Source: Candidatus Omnitrophota bacterium
Lineage (GTDB): Bacteria; Omnitrophota; Gorgyraeia; Gygaellales; Profunditerraquicolaceae
Assembly: GCA_026387405.1 (NCBI GenBank)
Contig: JAPLLV010000056.1
Location: 25,765 to 89,764, forward strand
DNA length: 64,000 nt
Direction of reading: 5' to 3'
Made by a program: the position numbers and the translations under genes. The notes under the pieces were generated by a model. That model was given only the letters and a program-made list of their open reading frames with translations, was not told the origin of the DNA and did no database searches. This document shows positions 37,232-46,833 of the stretch, piece by piece (the first letter of the stretch is position 1; each line of letters begins with the position of its first letter).

Positions 37232-40200
37232 ATGCCTCGTTCAGAATTCGTCCACCTACACCTGCATACCCAATACAGCCTCCTTGACGGCGCCTGCCGC
37301 ATCCCGGAATTATTAAGCCTAGCCAACCAATATAAAATGGATTCACTGGCTATTACCGACCATGGAGCAATGTTCGGGGCCATCGAATTCTACCTGGAAG
37401 CCCAAAAAGCGGGGATAAAACCGATTATCGGCTGCGAGGCCTATGTCGCGCCGAAAAGCCGCTTTGATAAAACCGGATCAGGCATTGACGAGGCATCCTA
37501 TCACTTTATACTCCTTGCCAAAGACGAGGCCGGTTACCACAACCTGATGAAGCTGGTATCCATCGCGTACCTGGAAGGTTTTTATTACCGTCCGCGCATT
37601 GACAAAGAGTGCCTGGCGCAGCATTCCAAGGGACTTATCGGCCTGACTGCCTGCCTGAAGGGTGAGATCCCGTCCCTGATCAGGGAAAAACGTTTTAACG
37701 ATGCCTTAAAAGAAGCGGACAATTATTTAAACATCTTTGGCAAGGGCAATTTCTACCTGGAGGTGCAAGGCAACTCCATCCCTGAGCAAAGAATAGTTAA
37801 CGAAGGACTGATACGCATTTCTAAAGAATTACACATCCCGCTTGTGGCCACCAATGACGTGCATTACCTAAAAAAGGAGCACGCCTCAAGCCACGAGGCG
37901 CTTTTGTGTATCCAGACCCAGACCACGCTTGACGACCCTAACCGCATGCGCCTGCAAACAGACGAATTCTATTTTCAATCACCGGAGGAGATGAAAGCAC
38001 TCTTCAAAGACCTGCCGGAAGCGATCGCCAATACCCTGGAGATCGCCCAGCGCTGTAACCTGGAGTTGGATTTTTCCCAGATACATTTGCCTAAATATAC
38101 GCCTCCCAACGGCCAGGACAAAGAAGACTACCTCAAGGACCTCTGCGCGGGAGGGCTGAAAAACCGTTTCCCGGAAGCCGCACCGGAAATTAAGGAACGC
38201 CTGGAATACGAATTAAAGATGATCAAGAATATGGGTTTTATCAGCTATTTCCTGATCGTCTGGGATTTTATTCATTACGCTAAAAGCAAAAATATACCTG
38301 TGGGACCGGGGCGCGGTTCAGCCGCGGGAAGCCTGGTGAGTTATCTTTTAGGTATTACCGATATCAATCCTTTAAGTTATGGCCTACTCTTTGAGAGATT
38401 CCTTAATCCTGAACGCTTAGGCCTGCCGGATATCGATATAGATTTCTGTTACGAAAGAAGGCAGGAGGTCATTGATTATGTGACCCAGAAATACGGCCGC
38501 CAGAACGTCGCCCAGATCATCACCTTCGGGACCATGCAGGCCCGCGCCGTGTTGCGCGATGTCGGCCGGGTCATGGGCATAGCCTACGCGGATGTTGACC
38601 GTATTGCCAAGATGATACCCCCGGACCCTAATATCACCCTAAAGGACGCGCTTGAATCAGAAGCGGAAATCAATAACCTCTACAAGAACGACCCCCAGAT
38701 AACAAAACTTATCGATACCGCGCTCTCCCTGGAAGGATTGAACCGTCATGCCTCAGTGCACGCCGCAGGGGTAGTCATCGCGGACAAACCGCTGGATAAT
38801 TACATGCCCCTGTTTAAGACCGGAGACGACCAGATCACCACCGGCTACAGCATGGGGATGCTCGAAAAGATCGGCTTATTGAAAGTGGACTTTCTGGGAT
38901 TAAGGACACTCACTGTCATTGACGAAACCCTAAAATTAGTCAGGCGCACCCGCGGCATAGAAATAGACCTGAAAAATCTTTCTCTCGAAGACTCTAAGAC
39001 CTACAAGCTTCTTGCGAATTCGCAAACAATCGGGGTATTCCAGGTAGAAAGTTCCGGGATGCGCGACCTCTTAAGAAAACTGGAACCCAGCCATTTTGAA
39101 GATATCATCGCGCTGCTGGCACTTTACCGCCCGGGGCCTATAGGTTCGGGGATGCTCGATGACTTCATGAAACGTAAACACAACCAGATTCCCATCAAAT
39201 ATGAACATCCGAAGTTAGAGCCCATTCTCAAGGAAACCTACGGTATAATGGTATACCAGGAGCAGATCATGCAGATCGCATCAAGCCTGGCAGGCTTCAG
39301 CCTGGCCCAGGCAGATATCCTGCGTAAGGCCATGGGCAAAAAGATACCCGAGGTAATGGAGAAACAGCGTAATATTTTTATCTCCGGCTGCGTGAATAAC
39401 GGTATAAAAGAAATCACTGCCTCCAAGATATTCGATCTCATCGAATATTTCTCGGGGTACGGCTTCAATAAATGCGTTGTTGGCTCTACAAAAATAATTT
39501 CTGGAGAAAATGGAGAGCGTATCACAGTAAAAGACTTATTTAGCAACAGGCAGCTGGCCAAAACTACATTCAGCTGCCAGGAAAATTTGAAAATCGTCAA
39601 AACCAACATAAAAGATGTGGTTTATAATGGGGCGAAACCGGTATACCGGCTTCAAACATGCCTCGGCAGAGAAATAGTAGCCACCTCTAATCATCCTTTA
39701 TTTACTTTTAAAGGCTGGAAAAACCTCGGTGATTTACGCATCGGGGAACGAATCGCATTGCCGCGGATCATACCTCTAGAGACCGACAAACAGTGGGAAC
39801 CGCATAAAATAATTGTTTTAGCGGGAATAATCTCTGAAGGAAATACTTGCCATCCTTCCGGGTTTTATTTTTATAATAATAGCGAGACGCTGGTAAAAGA
39901 CTATGTTGAGAACTTGCGTAAGTTTAACAATACAATCCCAAAAATCTATAAAAGAAGGGGGCGTTTTGAGGTATACGCGGGCACAGGCAAAGTCACCAGA
40001 TTTTCCAAAAACCAAATCCCCTGGAATAAACAAGGTTCCTTGACCACTACTACTTTTTATAAATGCGGGGCAAGGCTATGGATAGAAGAATTGGGCCTAG
40101 ACTATAAAAAGGCGAGTGATAAATTTATCCCTCCGGAGCTATTTTCCTTGGAGAATAAACAAATAGCCTTATTCCTGGGTAGGCTTTGGTCAGGAGACGG

Positions 40201-42022
40201 ATTTGTTTTTGGCAAAAACAACTCTATACCTTTTTACGCAAGCTCCTCCAGTAAATTATGCCAACAGATACAGGACTTATTGCTTAGGCTTAATATAGCA
40301 AGCCGTTTAAGCACAAAAAACTTTAAATATAAGTATAAAGGAATCAAGAAAGACGTGCCCGGTTTTACCCTACACCTTTTTGGGAGGGATAGCATAACCA
40401 GATTCATCCAGCTTATCTGTCCTTTTATTATCGATAAAGACGAACAGATCTCACATCTACGTAATTACTACGATAAAGCTTCTGATAATAGTGAATCAAA
40501 AGATACCCTGCCTCCCGAAATAAAGGAGATCGTGAAGGAAGAAAAAGATAAATTCGGCTTGACTTGGAAAGAATTAGAAACAAGGTCCGGAGTTTCAATG
40601 AAGGAATTTTACGGCGCGGACCATCCTAAGAAAAAAGGATTCCGCCGTTATACCATCTTGCGCTTGGCGCGCTTCCTTGAGTCCGAGAGACTATTAAGGT
40701 TTGTAAACTCGGATATACTATGGGATAGAGTTAGTTCGGTTGATTATGTTGGCAGGGAAGATACCTATGACATAGAAATCGAGGGGATCCATAACTTCAT
40801 TGCCAATGGCATAATAGTACACAACTCACATTCGGCCGCCTATGCCATGATCTCTTACCGCACCGCGTATCTAAAGGCGAATTTTCCCGTGGAATTCATG
40901 ACCGCGCTCTTGACCTCAGAACGCGACAATACCGATAAGATCGTAGAATACGTCAATGAGGCCCGGCACATGAACCTTGAGGTACTTCCTCCGGATATAA
41001 ATGAAAGCGAATCCCTGTTTAAGGTTGTAGACCAAAAGACCATCCGCTTCGGGCTGCTGGCAGTAAAAAACGTGGGGCAGGGTGCGGCAGAATCCATTGT
41101 CCAGGCCCGGCAAAACGACGGCAAATTTCTTTCCTTGCAGGACCTCTGCAAACGGATAGACCTACGACTGGCAAACCGCAAGGTCTTGGAAAGCCTGATC
41201 AAGTGCGGGGCCATGGATTATTTTAAGATGCCGCGGGCACAGATGGTCGCCGGATTAGACGGCATATTAGAACAATCCTCAAAGATACAGCGTGACCGCG
41301 CCAAAGGCCAACTGTCATTCTTCGACCAGGCGTTCAAAGAGAATGGTTTCCGCCAGAGCATAAACGACCTGCCCAAGGTACACGAATGGCCGGAGCCGCA
41401 GGTCCTGGCCTTTGAGAAAGAGATACTCGGGTTCTACGTTTCCGGCCACCCGTTAGCCCGTTATGCCGGCCAGCTTAAACGTTTTAGCTCCACATCTATA
41501 CCGGAATTATCGCGGCATAAAGACGATGAAGAGATAAAATTAGTAGGACTTATCTCTAAGATCAAACAGACCCTTACCCGCGCCAAGCAGGAAAAAATGG
41601 CCATCCTGAAACTGGAAGACCTGGAGGGCTCCGTAGAAGCCCTGGTCTTTCCCCAGGCATACCAAAAAGTTTCCCGCTATCTTTTGGCAAGCACGGTAGT
41701 CCTGGTCAGGGGAAGGCTCAACCTGAAAGAAGATACGCCTAAGATCATCATAAATGACCTGTTCCCGGTGGATGAAATTTATAAAATGATCTCCAGCATA
41801 AATATCAACCTGTCCGGCATAAGGGAAAATCTCTTTACCAGCCTAAAGGAGGTCCTTTGCGAAAATAGGGGGAAAATCCCTATATATATGCACCTGGATA
41901 CGTCCACGCGTTCGCGCATCCATCTCGTGGTGGGCGATGGGCTTTTTGTCGAGCCGAGCGAAAAACTGATCCAGGATATAGAAACTCTTTTAGGCGAAGA
42001 CCGCCTATCTTTAATACTCTAG
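37232..42022 (+). CDS. dnaE: DNA polymerase III alpha subunit, interrupted by an in-frame intein
   Basis: PHP domain HLHLHTQYS, polymerase core and OB domain. The ORF is 1596 aa, and is 1145 aa without the intein. Confidence 0.95.
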   Translation: MPRSEFVHLHLHTQYSLLDGACRIPELLSLANQYKMDSLAITDHGAMFGAIEFYLEAQKAGIKPIIGCEAYVAPKSRFDKTGSGIDEASYHFILLAKDEAGYHNLMKLVSIAYLEGFYYRPRIDKECLAQHSKGLIGLTACLKGEIPSLIREKRFNDALKEADNYLNIFGKGNFYLEVQGNSIPEQRIVNEGLIRISKELHIPLVATNDVHYLKKEHASSHEALLCIQTQTTLDDPNRMRLQTDEFYFQSPEEMKALFKDLPEAIANTLEIAQRCNLELDFSQIHLPKYTPPNGQDKEDYLKDLCAGGLKNRFPEAAPEIKERLEYELKMIKNMGFISYFLIVWDFIHYAKSKNIPVGPGRGSAAGSLVSYLLGITDINPLSYGLLFERFLNPERLGLPDIDIDFCYERRQEVIDYVTQKYGRQNVAQIITFGTMQARAVLRDVGRVMGIAYADVDRIAKMIPPDPNITLKDALESEAEINNLYKNDPQITKLIDTALSLEGLNRHASVHAAGVVIADKPLDNYMPLFKTGDDQITTGYSMGMLEKIGLLKVDFLGLRTLTVIDETLKLVRRTRGIEIDLKNLSLEDSKTYKLLANSQTIGVFQVESSGMRDLLRKLEPSHFEDIIALLALYRPGPIGSGMLDDFMKRKHNQIPIKYEHPKLEPILKETYGIMVYQEQIMQIASSLAGFSLAQADILRKAMGKKIPEVMEKQRNIFISGCVNNGIKEITASKIFDLIEYFSGYGFNKCVVGSTKIISGENGERITVKDLFSNRQLAKTTFSCQENLKIVKTNIKDVVYNGAKPVYRLQTCLGREIVATSNHPLFTFKGWKNLGDLRIGERIALPRIIPLETDKQWEPHKIIVLAGIISEGNTCHPSGFYFYNNSETLVKDYVENLRKFNNTIPKIYKRRGRFEVYAGTGKVTRFSKNQIPWNKQGSLTTTTFYKCGARLWIEELGLDYKKASDKFIPPELFSLENKQIALFLGRLWSGDGFVFGKNNSIPFYASSSSKLCQQIQDLLLRLNIASRLSTKNFKYKYKGIKKDVPGFTLHLFGRDSITRFIQLICPFIIDKDEQISHLRNYYDKASDNSESKDTLPPEIKEIVKEEKDKFGLTWKELETRSGVSMKEFYGADHPKKKGFRRYTILRLARFLESERLLRFVNSDILWDRVSSVDYVGREDTYDIEIEGIHNFIANGIIVHNSHSAAYAMISYRTAYLKANFPVEFMTALLTSERDNTDKIVEYVNEARHMNLEVLPPDINESESLFKVVDQKTIRFGLLAVKNVGQGAAESIVQARQNDGKFLSLQDLCKRIDLRLANRKVLESLIKCGAMDYFKMPRAQMVAGLDGILEQSSKIQRDRAKGQLSFFDQAFKENGFRQSINDLPKVHEWPEPQVLAFEKEILGFYVSGHPLARYAGQLKRFSSTSIPELSRHKDDEEIKLVGLISKIKQTLTRAKQEKMAILKLEDLEGSVEALVFPQAYQKVSRYLLASTVVLVRGRLNLKEDTPKIIINDLFPVDEIYKMISSININLSGIRENLFTSLKEVLCENRGKIPIYMHLDTSTRSRIHLVVGDGLFVEPSEKLIQDIETLLGEDRLSLIL
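39473..40825 (+). mobile_element. Intein (451 aa) with a LAGLIDADG homing-endonuclease domain, inserted at the FNK|SHSAAYA site of DnaE
   Basis: N-terminal Cys block CVVGSTKI, two LAGLIDADG-type blocks (KIIVLAGIISEGNT and IALFLGRLWSGDGFV), C-terminal IVHN followed by Ser +1. The flanks GYGFNK / SHSAAYAMISY are contiguous in uninterrupted DnaE proteins. Confidence 0.9.
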
Positions 42023-42152
42023 TCACAAAAGGTGAACATTTCCAGAATCCATAAAATCCTTGACATCGTAACTTTTTGGTGATATTGTAGTTACAATTAT
42101 GGTGTTCATAACACCCGGCCTTACCGGATAGGCCAATGTGCACTTCTGTTAA

Positions 42153-42183
42153 CACCCCGCGCTAATAGGAATTGCGCGGGTGC
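42153..42183 (+). promoter_or_regulatory. hup leader hairpin caccccgcgc-taataggaatt-gcgcgggtg (shared leader motif, variant stem)
   Basis: Same architecture as 30253 and 34243, with compensatory C/G swaps in the stem. Confidence 0.55.
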
Positions 42184-42209
42184 GCCCTTTCTGGGCAGGG
42201 AGGTTCAAG

Positions 42210-42482
42210 ATGACCAAGAAAGATATTATCCTTAAGGTTTCGGACGAAACAAACCTGAAGCAGATTGACGTCAAAAAGGTCGTGCAGAAAACCTTTGACT
42301 GTATCGTGCAGGCGCTGGGAAGAGGAGAGAAGATCGAGTTGCGCAATTTCGGCGTCTTCAAGGTAAAGCAGAGAAAAAGCCGCACCGGCAGGAATCCGCG
42401 TACCGGAGAAGTAGTCCCTGTCCCGCCCAGAAAAGTCGTTGTCTTCAAGCCGGGCCTGGAGATGAAACACGATATAAGATAA
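42210..42482 (+). CDS. hup: DNA-binding protein HU
   Basis: 90 aa, GFGxF and RNPxTG beta-arm motifs (NFGVFKVKQRKSRTGRNPRTGE). Confidence 0.9.
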   Translation: MTKKDIILKVSDETNLKQIDVKKVVQKTFDCIVQALGRGEKIELRNFGVFKVKQRKSRTGRNPRTGEVVPVPPRKVVVFKPGLEMKHDIR

Positions 42483-42509
42483 ACCTTTCACCCTCCCCAA
42501 TACTAAAAC

Positions 42510-43790
42510 ATGTTTAAAAGGATATCAGGCACAAAAGACATTCTGCCTGACGAAACACCGTCCTGGCAAGAAGTGGAAGATTTAGGCCGTAAGGTATTTT
42601 CTCTCTATAATTACCGCGAGGTGCGGCCCCCCTTATTGGAAGAGGCAAAGCTATTTTCCCGGTCGCTCGGCGAATTCGCGGAGGTGGTGCAGAAACAGAT
42701 GTTCCTGGTGAAAAACCAGGATGAGCTTTACGCCTTAAGGCCGGAGGCAACCGCTTCGGTAGCGCGCGCCTACATAGAAAATAACCTCGATAAGACCTAC
42801 GGCTTCTTGAAATTGTATTATACCGGGGCAATGTTCCGCCTGGAGCGCCCGCAAAAGGGCCGTCTAAGACAATTCCACCATATCGGCTGTGAGGCCATCG
42901 GTTCAAGCCTGCCTGAAGTGGATATTGAAGTGATATCCCTAGCAAACAGATTATTGGAGGCCTGGCAGGTCAATAATTATACGATAAAATTGAACAGCCT
43001 CGGCTGCAGTGAGGACAAATCGAAACTTTCCCTGAACCTACGCAAGGCCCTTAAAAGTAATAAAGGCTCACTCTGCGAAGATTGCAAAGTCCGCTATGAA
43101 AAAAATACCTTACGCATACTGGACTGCAAAAACGAGGCCTGCCAGGAAATAGTAAGCAAAATTTCCCTGGAAGAAAAACACCTGTGCCCGGAATGCAAGG
43201 CTCATTTTGAAACCGTAAAGAACGGGCTCCAAAATTTGGGTATCAGATACGAGATCCTGCCGCAACTGGTGCGGGGACTGGACTATTACACCCGGACTAT
43301 TTTCGAGATAAAACACGACGCCTTAGGAACCCAGGATGCCATCGGCGCGGGCGGAAGATACGATAATTTGCTCAAAGAACTGGGCGGGCCGGATGTCGGG
43401 GCAATGGGCTTTGCCTTCGGAGTAGAAAGAATACTATTGGCGTCTTGCGGGAGGCTCAAGAAGCCGGAAGAAAATCTGGTATACATAATAACTATGGGAG
43501 AAAAACCCAAAGCGCAAGGTTTGAGATTATTGCAAGACTTGCGCCGGGAGGGTATTGCCGCAGATACGGATTATGAAGGAAAATCCCTTAAAGGCGCATT
43601 GCGCAGGGCTAATGACCTAAGGGCAAAGAGAGTTTTAATCATAGGAGAAGACGAACTCAAGAAACAGATAGTAACCCTTAAAGATATGGGGTCAGGGGAA
43701 CAGAAAGAAATTAAGCAAGAGGATCTTATTCAGTCATTGCGAGGAGCCAATGGCGGTTGCGAGGCGAAGCCGAAGCAAACCAGCAGCTAG
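42510..43790 (+). CDS. hisS: Histidine--tRNA ligase. The C-terminal roughly 19 codons are encoded by the family-4 repeat
   Basis: Class II motifs and the HisRS anticodon-binding domain; 426 aa. Confidence 0.9.
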   Translation: MFKRISGTKDILPDETPSWQEVEDLGRKVFSLYNYREVRPPLLEEAKLFSRSLGEFAEVVQKQMFLVKNQDELYALRPEATASVARAYIENNLDKTYGFLKLYYTGAMFRLERPQKGRLRQFHHIGCEAIGSSLPEVDIEVISLANRLLEAWQVNNYTIKLNSLGCSEDKSKLSLNLRKALKSNKGSLCEDCKVRYEKNTLRILDCKNEACQEIVSKISLEEKHLCPECKAHFETVKNGLQNLGIRYEILPQLVRGLDYYTRTIFEIKHDALGTQDAIGAGGRYDNLLKELGGPDVGAMGFAFGVERILLASCGRLKKPEENLVYIITMGEKPKAQGLRLLQDLRREGIAADTDYEGKSLKGALRRANDLRAKRVLIIGEDELKKQIVTLKDMGSGEQKEIKQEDLIQSLRGANGGCEAKPKQTSS

Positions 43791-43877
43791 CGAAAAATGG
43801 GATTCCTCGCTGCGCTCGGAACAGGCTGCGCAATCTAAAATTAAGATTGCTTCGCCCCTTCGGAGCTCGCAATGACG
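43733..43877 (+). repeat. Family-4 structured repeat, copy 2, carrying a roughly 75-nt internal insertion. It spans the hisS 3' end and the hisS-aspS spacer
   Basis: gtcattgcgaggagc ... gcgcaatctaaaattaagattgcttcgccccttcggagctcgcaatgac. Shares the outer stem, inner stem and UUCG hairpin with copy 1 at 21284. Confidence 0.75.
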
Positions 43878-43885
43878 ACTTTACT

Positions 43886-45280
43886 ATGCTGCGCACACAC
43901 ACCTGCGGTGAACTAAAGACCTGCGATATCAATAAAGAAGTAACCCTCTGCGGATGGGTTGCCAGCCGCAGAGACCACGGTAAACTTATCTTTATCGATA
44001 TCCGCGATAGGACCGGCGTGACGCAGATAGTTTTCCTGCCTAAGGAGTGCCCGGAGGCGTATAAAAAAGCTCAAGACCTAAGAAGCGAGTTCGTGGTCAA
44101 GATAACGGGGAAAGTAAATAAACGGCCGGAAAACACGATCAACCCCAAGCTGCCTACCGGAGAAATTGAAATACTGGTTGAGGAACTCCAGATACTTAAC
44201 CCCAGCCTGACCCCGCCTTTTGAGATACAGGACGAGTTCGAGCGGGATGTAACCGAAGAGATACGGCTCAAATACCGGTATCTGGACCTGCGCCGTAAAA
44301 AAGTATTTGATAATTTTGTGTTAAGGAGCCGGCTATACAGGGTGATCCGCTCTTATCTTGACGCAAACGGATTTATAGAATGCGAAACGCCGATCCTGAC
44401 TAAATCCACCCCCGAAGGGGCGCGGGATTACCTGGTCCCTTCCAGGCTCAACCAGGGATATTTTTATGCCCTGCCGCAGTCTCCGCAATTATTCAAACAG
44501 ATCCTTATGGTATCGGGTATTGAAAAATACTACCAGATAGCCAAATGTTTCCGCGACGAAGACCTGCGCGCGGACCGCCAGCCGGAATTTACGCAACTGG
44601 ACCTGGAGATGTCTTTCGTGGAAGAAGAGGATATTTTCGCGCTCTTTGAAGAGATGATGCGGTTTATATTTAAAGATTTAAGGGGCGTGGATTTGATCAC
44701 GCCTTTCCCCCGGTTGACCTATGCCGAGTCGCAAAAAAAATACGCCTCGGATAAACCCGACTTGCGCAAAGAGCTGAATAATCCTTTTGCCTTTACCTGG
44801 GTCACGGATTTCCCTCTCTTTAAATACAATGAAGAAGAGAAACGCTGGGAGAGCGAACACCACCCTTTTACCTCGCCGCGCAAAGTTGACCTAGATGCCC
44901 TGGAAACCCATCCGGATAAAGTCCTCTCGCGGTCTTATGATCTGGTCTTAAACGGCATGGAAATAGGCTCGGGCTCTATCAGGATCCATGAGCAAGAATT
45001 GCAGGAAAAGATATTCAAGATCATCGGGCTTGAAGCCGAAGATGCCCGGAAGCGCTTCGGGTTCCTTCTGGAAGCCTTTCAATACGGCGCGCCGCCCCAC
45101 GGCGGATTTGCCTTTGGCATAGACCGGCTGCTTACAGTCCTGGCGGGCGAATCAAGCATACGCGAGGTGATCGGTTTTCCCAAAACCAGCGCCGGGGTAT
45201 GCCTGTTGACCGGAGCTCCTTCGGAGGTAGAGGAAAAACAATTAAAGGAATTGGGATTAGCGGTTAAAAAGACAAAATAG
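43886..45280 (+). CDS. aspS: Aspartate--tRNA ligase
   Basis: N-terminal OB fold and class II motifs (FRDEDLRADRQPEFTQLD, GGFAFGIDRL). The start at the Met preceding LRTHTCGEL is preferred. Confidence 0.9.
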   Translation: MLRTHTCGELKTCDINKEVTLCGWVASRRDHGKLIFIDIRDRTGVTQIVFLPKECPEAYKKAQDLRSEFVVKITGKVNKRPENTINPKLPTGEIEILVEELQILNPSLTPPFEIQDEFERDVTEEIRLKYRYLDLRRKKVFDNFVLRSRLYRVIRSYLDANGFIECETPILTKSTPEGARDYLVPSRLNQGYFYALPQSPQLFKQILMVSGIEKYYQIAKCFRDEDLRADRQPEFTQLDLEMSFVEEEDIFALFEEMMRFIFKDLRGVDLITPFPRLTYAESQKKYASDKPDLRKELNNPFAFTWVTDFPLFKYNEEEKRWESEHHPFTSPRKVDLDALETHPDKVLSRSYDLVLNGMEIGSGSIRIHEQELQEKIFKIIGLEAEDARKRFGFLLEAFQYGAPPHGGFAFGIDRLLTVLAGESSIREVIGFPKTSAGVCLLTGAPSEVEEKQLKELGLAVKKTK

Positions 45281-45289
45281 GAGGGGATA

Positions 45290-45874
45290 ATGAAAAGAGG
45301 GAATGTGTGGTATCTTTTAACAGCGGCTGCGGCGTTTCTATTATCCGGCTGCGTGGTCAGGACATATCAACTCACCAAGGCGCGCGTGGACCAGGATCTG
45401 ACGGGAAACCGCGGATACATCACAGGACAGGCGCCTGAAACACAGGAACAGCTCCCACGGGAAACAACCCGTACCACTCAAGTAGTAGAAATGGAGATAC
45501 ATTCTCCGCTCAAATTCGTAAAAGGCCATAACAAAGCAGTTGAAGGCAAAACTGAAGCGGGAACAGGGATGCTGGAAGAAGGACAGGGAGAAGGCGAAGG
45601 AAACAAAGGATATATTTTTAAAAAAGATTCCGCCGAAACCACCGCTGAAGAAACCGGCCTTAACTCCGCCAAATACACCGTTAAGAAAAACGACACCCTG
45701 CAGAAGATCTCAAAAGAATTCTACGGCACCACAAAAAAATGGAATAAGATATTCGAGGCGAATAAAGATACCTTAAAAGGGCCAAATAAGGTTTATCCCG
45801 GCCAGGTGCTCAATATACCCGGAGATACCACAGGCGCCGCCAAATTAAAAGAACCCAAAGAGAACCTTAAATAG
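45290..45874 (+). CDS. Lipoprotein with a C-terminal LysM domain
   Basis: Lipobox [37 protein letters not shown]...PGQVLNIP is a LysM motif. Confidence 0.7.
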   Translation: MKRGNVWYLLTAAAAFLLSGCVVRTYQLTKARVDQDLTGNRGYITGQAPETQEQLPRETTRTTQVVEMEIHSPLKFVKGHNKAVEGKTEAGTGMLEEGQGEGEGNKGYIFKKDSAETTAEETGLNSAKYTVKKNDTLQKISKEFYGTTKKWNKIFEANKDTLKGPNKVYPGQVLNIPGDTTGAAKLKEPKENLK

Positions 45875-46833
45875 TGGATAAAATAATCAAGCTGGAAGGA
45901 CGGCAAGAGGCGCAATCGCTTTTCGGCAATGCCGACGAGAACGCCAAGGCCATCGAAAAGGAATTCGGCGTACGGCTGGTGCTGCGCGGAGGCCACCTTA
46001 AGCTAAGCGGCACTGCCGCTAAAGTAAAAAAGGCCGAAGGCGCAATAGACTATCTGCTTGAAGCCTTACGCGCAGGGCAGGGAGAGATCGGCAATGCCGA
46101 CCTTTACTCTCTCCTGAAGAACTTTGGCCGCGCGCCCAAGAAAACTCCTTCCCCGGAAATGTCCGCGGTTACCAACTCTCTGGCAGGAAAGACGATCGGC
46201 CCTAAGACTCCAGGACAAAGAGATTATGTCGAGGCGATCAGGAAACATGATATCGTTTTTGGCATAGGCCCGGCGGGGACCGGCAAGACCTATCTGGCCA
46301 TGGCCTGCGCTGTAGAATCTTTAAAGAAACAGGAGGTACGCCGTTTGATCCTTACCCGTCCTGCGCTTGAGGCGGGGGAATCACTGGGATTTTTACCCGG
46401 AGATATGTACGAAAAGATCTCACCCTACCTAAGGCCTCTGTATGACGCGCTGTATGATATGATGGATGCCGAACGCATAGAAAAATACCTGGAAACCGGC
46501 ACCATTGAAGTCGCGCCGCTCGCCTATATGCGCGGCAGGACATTGAATGACGCCTTTATCATCCTTGATGAAGCCCAGAACTGCACTGCCGAACAGATGA
46601 AGATGTTTTTAACCCGGCTTGGCTTTGACTCCAGGGCAGTTATAACCGGAGATATTACCCAGAGTGACCTTCCAGACGGCAAACCCATCGGCCTGCTGCA
46701 GGCCCAGGATATACTAAAAGATATTGAAGGGATCAAATTCAATTATTTTACCGGGCAGGACGTAGTCCGCCACGCACTGGTCCAGAGGATCATTGAAGCA
46801 TATGATAAAGCAATTCGCGCTAAATCCGCTTAA
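45874..46833 (+). CDS. phoH: PhoH-like ATPase
   Basis: GPAGTGKTYLAMA Walker A and ILDEAQN Walker B. Confidence 0.9.
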   Translation: MDKIIKLEGRQEAQSLFGNADENAKAIEKEFGVRLVLRGGHLKLSGTAAKVKKAEGAIDYLLEALRAGQGEIGNADLYSLLKNFGRAPKKTPSPEMSAVTNSLAGKTIGPKTPGQRDYVEAIRKHDIVFGIGPAGTGKTYLAMACAVESLKKQEVRRLILTRPALEAGESLGFLPGDMYEKISPYLRPLYDALYDMMDAERIEKYLETGTIEVAPLAYMRGRTLNDAFIILDEAQNCTAEQMKMFLTRLGFDSRAVITGDITQSDLPDGKPIGLLQAQDILKDIEGIKFNYFTGQDVVRHALVQRIIEAYDKAIRAKSA

